Shown here in pieces: positions 28,893 to 37,719 of a stretch of DNA of 38,955 nucleotides. Within the stretch, counting starts at the first letter, position 1. Every line of letters begins with the position of its first letter. Position numbers and translations under genes: made by a program. The stretch lies in the IMG/VR virus record IMGVR_UViG_2939127364_000004. One strand, written 5' to 3'. Below the pieces are notes generated by a model. The model had not been told where the DNA came from. It worked only from the letters and a program-made list of their open reading frames with translations, and did no database searches. Source of the stretch: a virus (Duplodnaviria; Heunggongvirae; Uroviricota; Caudoviricetes).

Positions 28893-29963
28893 TTACCCCC
28901 TGAAGCCCGGCGGAATTTCGTTATCCGGTTCAGAAATATGATTCACACAACGCTGGTTGTTCGTGCCGCTTACCGGGAGCAACCAGGGGTTCTCAAAATT
29001 CCGGTCCGGTCCAAAAAACGTCGTCGCTCGCTGAACAAATTCCGTTCCCGTTTTCCCGGTAGCCGCCAAGTATCTTGCGTAACGCCTCACGCCATCCAGC
29101 ATGGCCTCTGGTGGCACCCCCTCGCGTAATCTGGCCTTCCAGGCACTGAAAGCGGATTTCTTCGGGTTTGCCCCAGCACGCAACGGGTACTCCCGCCAGA
29201 CCTGTTCGAACACATCCGGATAATCCACTCGTCCCACAGACTGCCCGGTGTTTTCCGGGACTACCCGATCGGCTTCCCGCTGAATGGCGGAATCGGCTTC
29301 AGGCTGCTGCAGTTGGTGTGATTGCTCCGCCCTTGCGGTCATCACCTGCTGCACAGCGCCCGAATCGGCTTTCAGCGCATACGCTGAATCGGCTTCCGGT
29401 GTCGTGCCTGCTGGCTGACCAAGATTGACGGTCTGAACATCCCCTGCCTGGTTCGTGGCGTTTTTTACGCCATGGACCATAGTGTTTTGATCTTCTTGAT
29501 CTGTATCTTTATCTGTATCTTTATCTGTCGTGACTCGTCGTGACATGTGCGTGACATTTCGTGACGCGCCGTGACAATCGCCATTTTGTTCCCGCTTTCT
29601 TTCCCTCTCTCGCTGCGCCCTCTTGCGCTCTGCAGGAGATTTTGCGGTTTGCGAAATATTGCCGTTGTCCTCTTTAAGCACCTGGCGTTTTTCCCATCCA
29701 GTGATTAAATCACCATCAAGTACCCGCCCCTGCATCGTCTGCAAAATTGAATCAATTACCTCTTCTGTCACGTCGAGCGCACTTGCCAAATCTTCTGTCG
29801 TGACATCAATGTGACCTCGCGTGACATTTCGTGACGCGCTCACCAGGAGGTGGATATACACTGCCATCACTGTTGCAATTGGCTGTCCTGACACCCTGGC
29901 AATTGTTCGCCACTTAGGGTCATTTGGCATGTCATGCCATAATCTGAGCCAGGCGTTAGCCAT
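28893..29963 (-). CDS. Lambda O-like replication initiator with internal origin iterons
   Basis: ATG 29963 (AGAGGTGA SD); two GTGAC iteron clusters inside the coding sequence; synteny after cro/cII-like genes. Confidence 0.6.
   Translation of the reverse strand: MANAWLRLWHDMPNDPKWRTIARVSGQPIATVMAVYIHLLVSASRNVTRGHIDVTTEDLASALDVTEEVIDSILQTMQGRVLDGDLITGWEKRQVLKEDNGNISQTAKSPAERKRAQRERERKREQNGDCHGASRNVTHMSRRVTTDKDTDKDTDQEDQNTMVHGVKNATNQAGDVQTVNLGQPAGTTPEADSAYALKADSGAVQQVMTARAEQSHQLQQPEADSAIQREADRVVPENTGQSVGRVDYPDVFEQVWREYPLRAGANPKKSAFSAWKARLREGVPPEAMLDGVRRYARYLAATGKTGTEFVQRATTFFGPDRNFENPWLLPVSGTNNQRCVNHISEPDNEIPPGFRG
29500..29575. repeat. Origin-like iteron cluster 1: 12-bp direct repeat TCTGTATCTTTA x2.5 followed by five GTGAC repeats at 10-11 bp spacing
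   Basis: GTGAC at 29530, 29540, 29551, 29561, 29571. Confidence 0.6.
29800..29839. repeat. Origin-like iteron cluster 2: four GTGAC repeats at 10-11 bp spacing; contains a 20-bp exact copy of part of cluster 1
   Basis: GTGAC at 29800, 29811, 29821, 29831; CGTGACATTTCGTGACGCGC present at 29550-29569 and 29820-29839. Confidence 0.6.
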
Positions 29964-30034
29964 ACTCACCTCTTTTGATACCGAATCTTTTTACTCACAA
30001 ATTGCCGGAAGTGATCCGGTATGAATATTGCGAG

Positions 30035-30460
30035 TCAATGCACAGCCACAATATTTCCTGCAGGGCCACCACGATTCATCTGGTTGAAACCAGCGATCGC
30101 CACTGCGACAAAATCATCAGCGTCTCTCACCAGTCGTTCCCGCGTCTCCACTAGTTCCCGAAAATAGGCTGAGCTATGGCTGCGCATTCGGGCCACCAGC
30201 AGAGGTGGCATTGCTTTTTCGATAGCTGGTAACAACGCCTGAATTTTTTCAACTGCATCAGGGGTGTCTTTCTCTACCCAGCGGAAAATTTTCTGGGTAT
30301 TGCGAGCCAGGGCTTCCGGATGGCTGTCGTCATACAGTTCTGGGAACGTCATACCCAGTTCAAAATAAGCCCTGGTTATTTCAGCTGCCGGAACTTTTTC
30401 ACCGTCCGGATGCGCCCAGGCATTCATCGCCATGCGGATGTGTTCATGCTTGATTTTCAT
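30035..30460 (-). CDS. ydaT: YdaT-like protein (cII position, 141 aa)
   Basis: MKIKHEHI... N-terminus and position after Cro-like gene as in Rac ydaS-ydaT; 17-nt overlap with upstream gene. Confidence 0.5.
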   Translation of the reverse strand: MKIKHEHIRMAMNAWAHPDGEKVPAAEITRAYFELGMTFPELYDDSHPEALARNTQKIFRWVEKDTPDAVEKIQALLPAIEKAMPPLLVARMRSHSSAYFRELVETRERLVRDADDFVAVAIAGFNQMNRGGPAGNIVAVH

Positions 30461-30725
30461 GAATCAAGCTCCTAGAAAGTGGTTGTGTTAACATTTTGGT
30501 ATCTTCCAGCTCGGGCCAAATATTCATCCAATCAAAAGGCCTTAGTTGCTGACGTGTAACTTCACCATTACTGGCTCGCTCAATAAGGACACATAACGAT
30601 GCCCCTAACACTTGACCTTTACTCAATGCCTTTCTTAGATAACCGATGCTGGTACCACACTCGCATGCAAACATACGCTGTTCATCTGACGAAAGAGAAT
30701 TGAGAAATATTCTTAATTCTTCCAT
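30444..30725 (-). CDS. ydaS: Cro-like HTH regulator (YdaS family)
   Basis: AAGGAG SD; 93 aa; divergent from repressor across operator-containing intergenic region. Confidence 0.5.
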   Translation of the reverse strand: MEELRIFLNSLSSDEQRMFACECGTSIGYLRKALSKGQVLGASLCVLIERASNGEVTRQQLRPFDWMNIWPELEDTKMLTQPLSRSLIHENQA

Positions 30726-30754
30726 AGCTACTCCTTAGTAAACACAGCAAAGAA

Positions 30755-30830
30755 TACCCATAGGTAAACAAAAGTCAATACCCACAGGTTGTTTACCTTG
30801 CAGTAATCGCATCTATTATTTACCTATGGA
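30755..30830. promoter_or_regulatory. OR-like operator cluster: three copies of 12-bp near-palindrome TACCCATAGGTA in the divergent repressor/cro intergenic region
   Basis: TACCCATAGGTA 30755-30766, TACCCACAGGTT 30779-30790, TTACCTATGGAC ~30819-30830; TATTAT -10 hexamer directly before repressor ATG. Confidence 0.5.
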
Positions 30831-31245
30831 CAAATATGAATTTAGACGACAGCAACTCATCAAAATTCGTGATGAGAAATGCGATGGTAAAGCGGTTAAC
30901 GTGGCCAGAAAGATCGGGCGCGAGCCTTCTTATGTATCAAGAATGTTGTACCCAGAGGGGAAAAAGGGAAAAAAACGGATCGCTGATGATATGGTGGAGA
31001 TTATCGAAGAGTCCTTTGGGTTACCCCGGGGATGGATGGATGGTATCGTTTCATCATCAACGAACACAGCCTCCAGTTATGAAACAAGGGTTCTAACGCC
31101 ACGACAACGTATTTTTTTAGATCTCTTAGACGAACTGCCAGAAAGTGAAGCGGATAACTTATTAAAAACTCTTGAAGAGAAAAAACAGTATTACAATATG
31201 ATCTACGAAGAAATCCGTAAAAAGAAAGCACAAAACGCATCATAG
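30826..31245 (+). CDS. racR: cI-like prophage repressor, probably translated from a leaderless mRNA
   Basis: 139-aa ORF with HTH-like GKAVNVARKIGREPSYVSRML; no SD, ATG immediately follows a -10-like TATTAT; divergent from cro-like gene. Confidence 0.5.
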   Translation: MDKYEFRRQQLIKIRDEKCDGKAVNVARKIGREPSYVSRMLYPEGKKGKKRIADDMVEIIEESFGLPRGWMDGIVSSSTNTASSYETRVLTPRQRIFLDLLDELPESEADNLLKTLEEKKQYYNMIYEEIRKKKAQNAS

Positions 31246-31287
31246 CTCACCAAACAACTAGTCACCAGTTAAGACACCGCAAAAAGT

Positions 31288-31324
31288 TACCCATGGGTAT
31301 TTACTTTTTAAATACCTATGGGTA
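31288..31324. promoter_or_regulatory. OL-like operator pair downstream of repressor gene
   Basis: Perfect palindrome TACCCATGGGTA at 31288-31299 and TACCTATGGGTA at 31313-31324, 25 bp centre to centre. Confidence 0.5.
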
Positions 31325-31499
31325 TCCTTCTTTTCATACCAACCCACCCCGCCCCACAGAATGCAGGGCAATACTTCGAGTTACCAGGCAGTGGTCAGGG
31401 GTTAAGTAGCCAGCCCGAGGCGTAAGAACATGACGGCGGGATTCAAATTTTGCAGTGCAGCAGTTAGTTCCGCCACCCGGCGTTAAGGGGAGAGATAAG

Positions 31500-31634
31500 A
31501 TGGTGCATTACGAAGTAGTTCAGTATTTGATGGATTGTTGCGGTATCACTTACAACCAGGCTGTGCAGGCTTTACGCAGCAACGACTGGGATCTCTGGCA
31601 GGCAGAAGTCGCTATACGTAGCAACAAGATGTGA
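31500..31634 (+). CDS. ydaG: Small early-left protein YdaG-like (44 aa)
   Basis: ATG 31500 with GGGGAGAG SD; size and order match Rac ydaG as recalled. Confidence 0.45.
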   Translation: MVHYEVVQYLMDCCGITYNQAVQALRSNDWDLWQAEVAIRSNKM

Positions 31635-31644
31635 GATTCGCAAA

Positions 31645-31800
31645 ATGCAAAAAATCGACCTCGGCAACAACGAATCCCTGGTGTGCGGCGTGTTCCCCAA
31701 CCAGGATGGAACGTTCACTGCCATGACGTATACCAAAAGCAAAACATTTAAAACCGAAACTGGTGCGCGCCGATGGTTGGAGAAGCACACAGTAAGCTAA
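31645..31800 (+). CDS. ydaF: Small early-left protein YdaF-like (51 aa)
   Basis: MQKIDLGNNESLVCGVFPNQDGTFTAMTYTKSKTFKTETGARRWLEKHTVS; size and order match Rac ydaF as recalled. Confidence 0.45.
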   Translation: MQKIDLGNNESLVCGVFPNQDGTFTAMTYTKSKTFKTETGARRWLEKHTVS

Positions 31801-32285
31801 CGATTAAAACGTCTACTCCTGCTGTTCCAGAATAACTTCATAAAATGGGAGTATTTTTCGGTGACGAGATAATAAGAACAGTTTGCGCTATCACTCTGAT
31901 GTTGAATGATGCCCTTCCGTTCTAATTTTTTCATAACCGGGTTACGGCAAGGAGAAGTGATAATAAGATTTCCTGTTTTAAGGAAATCTTTAAATACAGC
32001 GATTTCTTTCTCAGATAAACGAAGCAATACTCGTTGCTCTGGTAGTAATGAATAATGCTTTTGAATATGTGCTCGCAATCTTGAGAAGGAAATGGCGACC
32101 ACGAAAGAAAAGGCAAAAACGATAATCTGAAAGAGCCAAGGTATTTCAGTATAAGCATTGAATGCGACAGTAAACTCTTTCGGTATCAGCCAGAGAGTGA
32201 GACCAAAAATGATAATCGTATACATAAGTCTTTCGAGTGGCTCGTTAGCAAAAAGTTTCAACAATGGAGTAAATACATCCAACAT
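31797..32285 (-). CDS. sieB: Superinfection exclusion protein SieB (membrane protein, 162 aa)
   Basis: Internal ATG at 32285 (MLDVFTPLLKLFANEPLERLMYTIIIFGLTLWLIPKEF...), two TM helices; matches recalled Rac SieB; ORF track over-extends to 32597. Confidence 0.7.
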   Translation of the reverse strand: MLDVFTPLLKLFANEPLERLMYTIIIFGLTLWLIPKEFTVAFNAYTEIPWLFQIIVFAFSFVVAISFSRLRAHIQKHYSLLPEQRVLLRLSEKEIAVFKDFLKTGNLIITSPCRNPVMKKLERKGIIQHQSDSANCSYYLVTEKYSHFMKLFWNSRSRRFNR

Positions 32286-32725
32286 ATCAATAACTCTCAA
32301 CTGTAAGGGTATTGAAATGTTAACACAAGCTCTCGCTGTAGGGGTATAGCCGAGACCACCGAAGCCCGGAGGTGGTGAAATAAAACCGGGCACAACACGA
32401 AGGCGCATTTCCGATATCCATAAAGAGTCGGTCTTGTCTGTTAAATTTAAATGGTGGAGTGCGCCTCCGGTTGTAAATAACGACATTGCTGTGTGTAGTC
32501 CTGGCGGCATCAGTTTTTTTCTTGAAGTTCGGCTGATGTCCGCCCTTTTTAAAGTGAATTTTGTGATGCGGTGAATGCGGCTAAGCGCACGTGGCACAGT
32601 TAAAAGTCATGTTAGTCCTTATTGGTTTGGGTGGGAAAGCCGACTGTAATTGTTAACTGGTTGCAGTCACCTGGAGGCACCAGGCACCGCATCAACAAAG
32701 TTCATTTGTAAAAATGGAGATAATT

Positions 32726-32947
32726 ATGATTGCACATCACTTCGGAACTGATGAAATACCACGTCAGTGTGTGACTCCTGGCGATTATGTTCTTCATGAA
32801 GGCCGGACATATATTGCCTCGGCAAACAATATTAAAAAGCGAAAACTATATATTCGTAACCTGACCACAAAAACATGCATTACTGACCGCATGATTAAAG
32901 TCTTCCTCGGTCGTGATGGTTTACCTGTAAAGGCGGAGTCATGGTGA
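32726..32947 (+). CDS. kilR: FtsZ inhibitor KilR (73 aa)
   Basis: [73 protein letters not shown]; GGAGA SD. Confidence 0.7.
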   Translation: MIAHHFGTDEIPRQCVTPGDYVLHEGRTYIASANNIKKRKLYIRNLTTKTCITDRMIKVFLGRDGLPVKAESW

Positions 32948-33117
32948 TGACTAAGAAAATAAAATGTGCTTACCACCTTTGCAAAAAAGACGTTGAAGAA
33001 AGCAAAGCTATTGAAAGAATGCTTCACTTCATGCACGGGATTTTATCAAAAGACGAACCGAGAAAATATTGCAGTGAAGCTTGTGCCGAAAAAGACCAGA
33101 TGGCACATGAACTTTAA
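32947..33117 (+). CDS. ydaE: YdaE-like Cys-rich small protein (56 aa)
   Basis: [56 protein letters not shown]; start overlaps kilR stop (TGATG); not in ORF track. Confidence 0.5.
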   Translation: MTKKIKCAYHLCKKDVEESKAIERMLHFMHGILSKDEPRKYCSEACAEKDQMAHEL

Positions 33118-33191
33118 TTAATTGACTATTCGAAACTGAATTTATGCCAGAAATGGCAGGTATTCGCTCAACCTTAATTAAGGAGAAAAAC

Positions 33192-33467
33192 ATGATTACC
33201 AATTATGAAGCCACTGTTGTAACTACCGATGACATTGTTCACGAGGTGAATCTGGAAGGAAAGCGCATTGGCTACGTAATTAAAACAGAAAATAAAGAAA
33301 CCCCATTCACTGTGGTTGATATCGATGGTCCATCAGGCAACGTAAAAACACTTGATGAAGGTGTCAAAAAAATGTGCCTGGTGCATATCGGAAAGAATCT
33401 GCCCGCAGAAAAAAAAGCCGAATTTCTGGCAACTCTAATTGCAATGAAATTAAAAGGTGAAATCTGA
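33192..33467 (+). CDS. racC: RacC (91 aa)
   Basis: MITNYEATVVTTDDIVHEVNLEGKRIGYVIK...; AGGAG SD; internal start within longer track ORF. Confidence 0.6.
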   Translation: MITNYEATVVTTDDIVHEVNLEGKRIGYVIKTENKETPFTVVDIDGPSGNVKTLDEGVKKMCLVHIGKNLPAEKKAEFLATLIAMKLKGEI

Positions 33468-33568
33468 AAGAAATAGCCTGCGTATGGCGCAGGCTATGAA
33501 CAGTGTGTATCCGGCAAGATCATTCACTGAACAAAACGAATTTTAATCTGAGTTGAGGTTAAAAAACA

Positions 33569-36169
33569 ATGAGCACAAAACCACTCTTCCTGTTACGGAA
33601 AGCGAAAAAATCATCCGGTGAACCTGACGTCGTCCTGTGGGCAAGCAACGATTTTGAATCGACCTGTGCCACTCTGGACTACCTGATCGTTAAGTCAGGT
33701 AAAAAACTGAGCAGCTATTTTAAAGCTGTTGCCACGAATTTTCCTGTCGTTAATGACCTGCCCGCTGAAGGTGAGATCGATTTTACCTGGAGTGAACGCT
33801 ATCAACTCAGCAAAGACTCCATGACATGGGAACTAAAACCGGGAGCAGCACCAGACAACGCTCACTATCAAGGCAATACCAACGTCAACGGCGAAGACAT
33901 GACTGAGATTGAGGAGAATATGCTACTCCCAATTTCTGGCCAGGAACTGCCCATTCGTTGGCTTGCTCAACACGGCAGCGAAAAACCGGTAACGCACGTT
34001 TCACGCGACGGACTCCAGGCATTACACATTGCTCGGGCTGAAGAACTACCGGCTGTTACTGCCCTGGCTGTTTCCCACAAAACCAGCCTGCTCGACCCGC
34101 TGGAAATTCGCGAACTCCACAAACTGGTTCGTGACACTGACAAAGTTTTCCCTAATCCTGGTAATTCAAACCTGGGACTGATAACTGCTTTTTTCGAAGC
34201 ATACCTGAACGCTGACTACACCGATCGAGGACTGCTGACAAAAGAGTGGATGAAGGGTAATCGTGTTTCACACATCACTCGCACGGCTTCCGGTGCTAAT
34301 GCTGGCGGCGGAAACCTCACCGATCGCGGCGAAGGTTTCGTACACGATCTGACGTCACTGGCGCGCGACGTAGCCACTGGCGTACTGGCCCGTTCAATGG
34401 ATCTGGACATCTATAACCTTCATCCGGCACACGCTAAACGCATTGAGGAAATTATCGCTGAAAATAAACCGCCCTTTTCTGTTTTCCGCGACAAATTCAT
34501 CACCATGCCTGGCGGGCTGGATTATTCCCGCGCCATCGTGGTTGCGTCCGTAAAAGAAGCACCAATTGGGATCGAGGTCATCCCCGCGCACGTCACTGAA
34601 TATCTGAACAAAGTACTGACTGAAACCGATCATGCCAACCCTGATCCGGAAATCGTGGATATTGCCTGCGGTCGCTCCTCTGCCCCGATGCCGCAGCGAG
34701 TAACAGAAGAAGGAAAACAGGATGATGAAGAAAAACCGCAACCATCTGGAACAACGGCAGTTGAACAGGGAGAGGCTGAAACAATGGAACCGGACGCAAC
34801 TGAACATCATCAGGACACGCAGCCGCTGGATGCTCAGTCACAGGTAAATTCTGTTGATGCGAAATATCAGGAACTGCGGGCAGAACTCCATGAAGCCCGG
34901 AAAAACATTCCATCAAAAAATCCTGTCGATGCCGATAAATTGCTTGCTGCATCACGTGGTGAATTTGTTGACGGAATTAGCGACCCGAACGATCCGAAAT
35001 GGGTAAAGGGGATCCAGACTCGCGATTGTGTGTACCAGAACCAGCCAGAAACGGAAAAAACCAGCCCAGATATGAATCAACCTGAGCCAGTAGTGCAACA
35101 GGAACCGGAAATAGCCTGCAATGCCTGCGGCCAGACTGGCGGGGATAACTGCCCTGACTGTGGTGCGGTGATGGGCGACGCAACATACCAGGAAACATTC
35201 GCTGAAGAGAGTCAGGTTGAAGCTAAGGAAAATGATCCGGAGGAAATGGAAGGCGCTGAACATCCGCACAATGAGAATGCTGGCAGCGATCCGCATCGCG
35301 ATTGCAGTGATGAAACTGGCGAAGTCGCAGATCCCGTAATCGTAGAAGACATAGAGCCAGGTATTTATTACGGAATTTCGAATGAGAATTACCACGCGGG
35401 TCCCGGTATCAGTAAGTCTCAGCTCGATGACATTGCTGATACTCCGGCACTATATTTGTGGCGTAAAAATGCCCCCGTGGACACCACAAAGACAAAAACG
35501 CTCGATTTAGGAACTGCTTTCCACTGCCGGGTACTTGAACCGGAAGAATTCAGTAACCGCTTTATCGTAGCACCTGAATTTAACCGCCGTACAAACGCCG
35601 GAAAAGAAGAAGAGAAAGCGTTTCTGATGGAATGCGCAAGCACAGGAAAAACGGTTATCACTGCGGAAGAAGGCCGGAAAATTGAACTCATGTATCAAAG
35701 CGTTATGGCTTTGCCGCTGGGGCAATGGCTTGTTGAAAGCGCCGGACACGCTGAATCATCAATTTACTGGGAAGATCCTGAAACAGGAATTTTGTGTCGG
35801 TGCCGTCCGGACAAAATTATCCCTGAATTTCACTGGATCATGGACGTGAAAACTACGGCGGATATTCAACGATTCAAAACCGCTTATTACGACTACCGCT
35901 ATCACGTTCAGGATGCATTCTACAGTGACGGTTATGAAGCACAGTTTGGAGTGCAGCCAACTTTCGTTTTTCTGGTTGCCAGCACAACTATTGAATGCGG
36001 ACGTTATCCGGTTGAAATTTTCATGATGGGCGAAGAAGCAAAACTGGCAGGTCAACAGGAATATCACCGCAATCTGCGAACCCTGTCTGACTGCCTGAAT
36101 ACCGATGAATGGCCAGCTATTAAGACATTATCACTGCCCCGCTGGGCTAAGGAATATGCAAATGACTAA
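33569..36169 (+). CDS. recE: Exodeoxyribonuclease VIII RecE (866 aa)
   Basis: Full-length 866 aa; C-terminal nuclease domain; immediately followed by overlapping recT. Confidence 0.9.
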   Translation: MSTKPLFLLRKAKKSSGEPDVVLWASNDFESTCATLDYLIVKSGKKLSSYFKAVATNFPVVNDLPAEGEIDFTWSERYQLSKDSMTWELKPGAAPDNAHYQGNTNVNGEDMTEIEENMLLPISGQELPIRWLAQHGSEKPVTHVSRDGLQALHIARAEELPAVTALAVSHKTSLLDPLEIRELHKLVRDTDKVFPNPGNSNLGLITAFFEAYLNADYTDRGLLTKEWMKGNRVSHITRTASGANAGGGNLTDRGEGFVHDLTSLARDVATGVLARSMDLDIYNLHPAHAKRIEEIIAENKPPFSVFRDKFITMPGGLDYSRAIVVASVKEAPIGIEVIPAHVTEYLNKVLTETDHANPDPEIVDIACGRSSAPMPQRVTEEGKQDDEEKPQPSGTTAVEQGEAETMEPDATEHHQDTQPLDAQSQVNSVDAKYQELRAELHEARKNIPSKNPVDADKLLAASRGEFVDGISDPNDPKWVKGIQTRDCVYQNQPETEKTSPDMNQPEPVVQQEPEIACNACGQTGGDNCPDCGAVMGDATYQETFAEESQVEAKENDPEEMEGAEHPHNENAGSDPHRDCSDETGEVADPVIVEDIEPGIYYGISNENYHAGPGISKSQLDDIADTPALYLWRKNAPVDTTKTKTLDLGTAFHCRVLEPEEFSNRFIVAPEFNRRTNAGKEEEKAFLMECASTGKTVITAEEGRKIELMYQSVMALPLGQWLVESAGHAESSIYWEDPETGILCRCRPDKIIPEFHWIMDVKTTADIQRFKTAYYDYRYHVQDAFYSDGYEAQFGVQPTFVFLVASTTIECGRYPVEIFMMGEEAKLAGQQEYHRNLRTLSDCLNTDEWPAIKTLSLPRWAKEYAND

Positions 36170-36971
36170 GCAACCACCAATCGCAAAAGCCGATCTGCAA
36201 AAAACTCAGGGAAACCGTGCACCAGCAGCAGTTAAAAATAGCGACGTGATTAGTTTTATTAACCAGCCATCAATGAAAGAGCAACTGGCAGCAGCTCTTC
36301 CACGCCATATGACGGCTGAACGTATGATCCGTATCGCCACCACAGAAATTCGTAAAGTTCCGGCGTTAGGAAACTGTGACACTATGAGTTTTGTCAGTGC
36401 GATCGTACAGTGTTCACAGCTCGGACTTGAGCCAGGTAGCGCCCTCGGTCATGCATATTTACTGCCTTTTGGTAATAAAAACGAAAAGAGCGGTAAAAAG
36501 AACGTTCAGCTAATCATTGGCTATCGCGGCATGATTGATCTGGCTCGCCGTTCTGGTCAAATCACCAGCCTGTCAGCCCGTGTTGTCCGTGAAGGTGACG
36601 AGTTTAGCTTCGAATTTGGCCTTGATGAAAAGTTAATACACCGCCCGGGAGAAAACGAAGATGCCCCGGTTACCCACGTCTATGCTGTCGCAAGACTGAA
36701 AGACGGAGGTACTCAGTTTGAAGTTATGACGCGCAAACAGATTGAGCTGGTGCGCAGCCTGAGTAAAGCTGGTAATAACGGGCCGTGGGTAACTCACTGG
36801 GAAGAAATGGCAAAGAAAACGGCTATTCGTCGCCTGTTCAAATATTTGCCCGTATCAATTGAGATCCAGCGTGCAGTATCAATGGATGAAAAGGAACCAC
36901 TGACAATCGATCCTGCAGATTCCTCTGTATTAACCGGGGAATACAGTGTAATCGATAATTCAGAGGAATAA
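36162..36971 (+). CDS. recT: Single-strand annealing protein RecT (269 aa)
   Basis: [41 protein letters not shown]...; start overlaps recE stop. Confidence 0.9.
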   Translation: MTKQPPIAKADLQKTQGNRAPAAVKNSDVISFINQPSMKEQLAAALPRHMTAERMIRIATTEIRKVPALGNCDTMSFVSAIVQCSQLGLEPGSALGHAYLLPFGNKNEKSGKKNVQLIIGYRGMIDLARRSGQITSLSARVVREGDEFSFEFGLDEKLIHRPGENEDAPVTHVYAVARLKDGGTQFEVMTRKQIELVRSLSKAGNNGPWVTHWEEMAKKTAIRRLFKYLPVSIEIQRAVSMDEKEPLTIDPADSSVLTGEYSVIDNSEE

Positions 36972-37027
36972 TTCAGCCTGGCGGTGTAATGCACCGCCAA
37001 CTTGAAATATTTTTTATGAGAAAAATT

Positions 37028-37222
37028 ATGAGATATGACAATGTTAAACCATGTCCATTTTGTGGTTGTCCATCAGTAACGGTGAAAGCCATTTCAGGAT
37101 ATTACCGAGCGAAGTGTAACGGATGCGAATCCCGAACCGGTTATGGTGGAAGTGAAAAAGAAGCACTCGAAAGATGGAATAAACGAACCACTGGAAATAA
37201 TAATGGAGGTGTTCATGTATAA
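37028..37222 (+). CDS. ralR: Restriction alleviation protein RalR/Lar (64 aa)
   Basis: MRYDNVKPCPFCGCPSVTVKAISGYYRAKCNGCESRTGYGGSEKEALERWNKRTTGNNNGGVHV. Confidence 0.8.
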   Translation: MRYDNVKPCPFCGCPSVTVKAISGYYRAKCNGCESRTGYGGSEKEALERWNKRTTGNNNGGVHV

Positions 37223-37424
37223 AATTACCGCCACTATTGAAAAGGAAGGTGGCACTCCTACTAACTGGACAAGATATTCAAAATCTAAACTAACGAAATC
37301 AGAATGCGAAAAAATGCTCTCAGGTAAAAAAGAAGCAGGCGTTTCCAGAGAGCAGAAAGTAAAACTGATAAATTTTAATTGCGAGAAACTTCAGTCCTCG
37401 AGAATTGCATTGTATTCAAATTAA
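37215..37424 (+). CDS. ydaC: YdaC/RcbA-like small protein (69 aa)
   Basis: ATG 37215 with GGAGGTG SD overlapping ralR 3' end; position before xis. Confidence 0.5.
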   Translation: MYKITATIEKEGGTPTNWTRYSKSKLTKSECEKMLSGKKEAGVSREQKVKLINFNCEKLQSSRIALYSN

Positions 37425-37502
37425 AACTTCATAGCTGATTATTAATAATCAACATCGGGCGTCAATTTCAGTCTAACATTGGCGCCTGCCAGAGGTGATG
37501 CG

Positions 37503-37718
37503 ATGGCACAAGTAATCTTTAATGAAGAGTGGATGGTTGAATACGGCCTGATGCTTCGCACTGGTCTGGGGGCCAGACAAATTGAAGCATACCGCCAGAA
37601 CTGTTGGGTGGAGGGCTTCCACTTCAAACGAGTATCTCCTTTAGGTAAGCCAGACAGCAAACGAGGGATTATCTGGTACAACTATCCAAAGATAAATCAG
37701 TTTATCAAAGACTCATGA
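37503..37718 (+). CDS. xisR: Excisionase (71 aa)
   Basis: AGAGGTGA SD; small basic protein immediately upstream of integrase with 1-nt spacing. Confidence 0.6.
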   Translation: MAQVIFNEEWMVEYGLMLRTGLGARQIEAYRQNCWVEGFHFKRVSPLGKPDSKRGIIWYNYPKINQFIKDS

Positions 37719-37719
37719 T

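Noticed and set aside
30836-31096. Alternative-frame 86-aa ORF within the repressor gene
   Set aside because: Overlaps the better-supported 139-aa HTH protein frame; no independent signals.
34216-36067. Cluster of minus-strand ORFs inside recE
   Set aside because: Antisense to a full-length, well-recognised recE; no start signals.
36980-37015. Hairpin GGCGGTG-taatg-CACCGCC after recT considered as a terminator
   Set aside because: U-tract begins about 13 nt after the stem, too far for a canonical intrinsic terminator; may be a stabilising stem-loop only.
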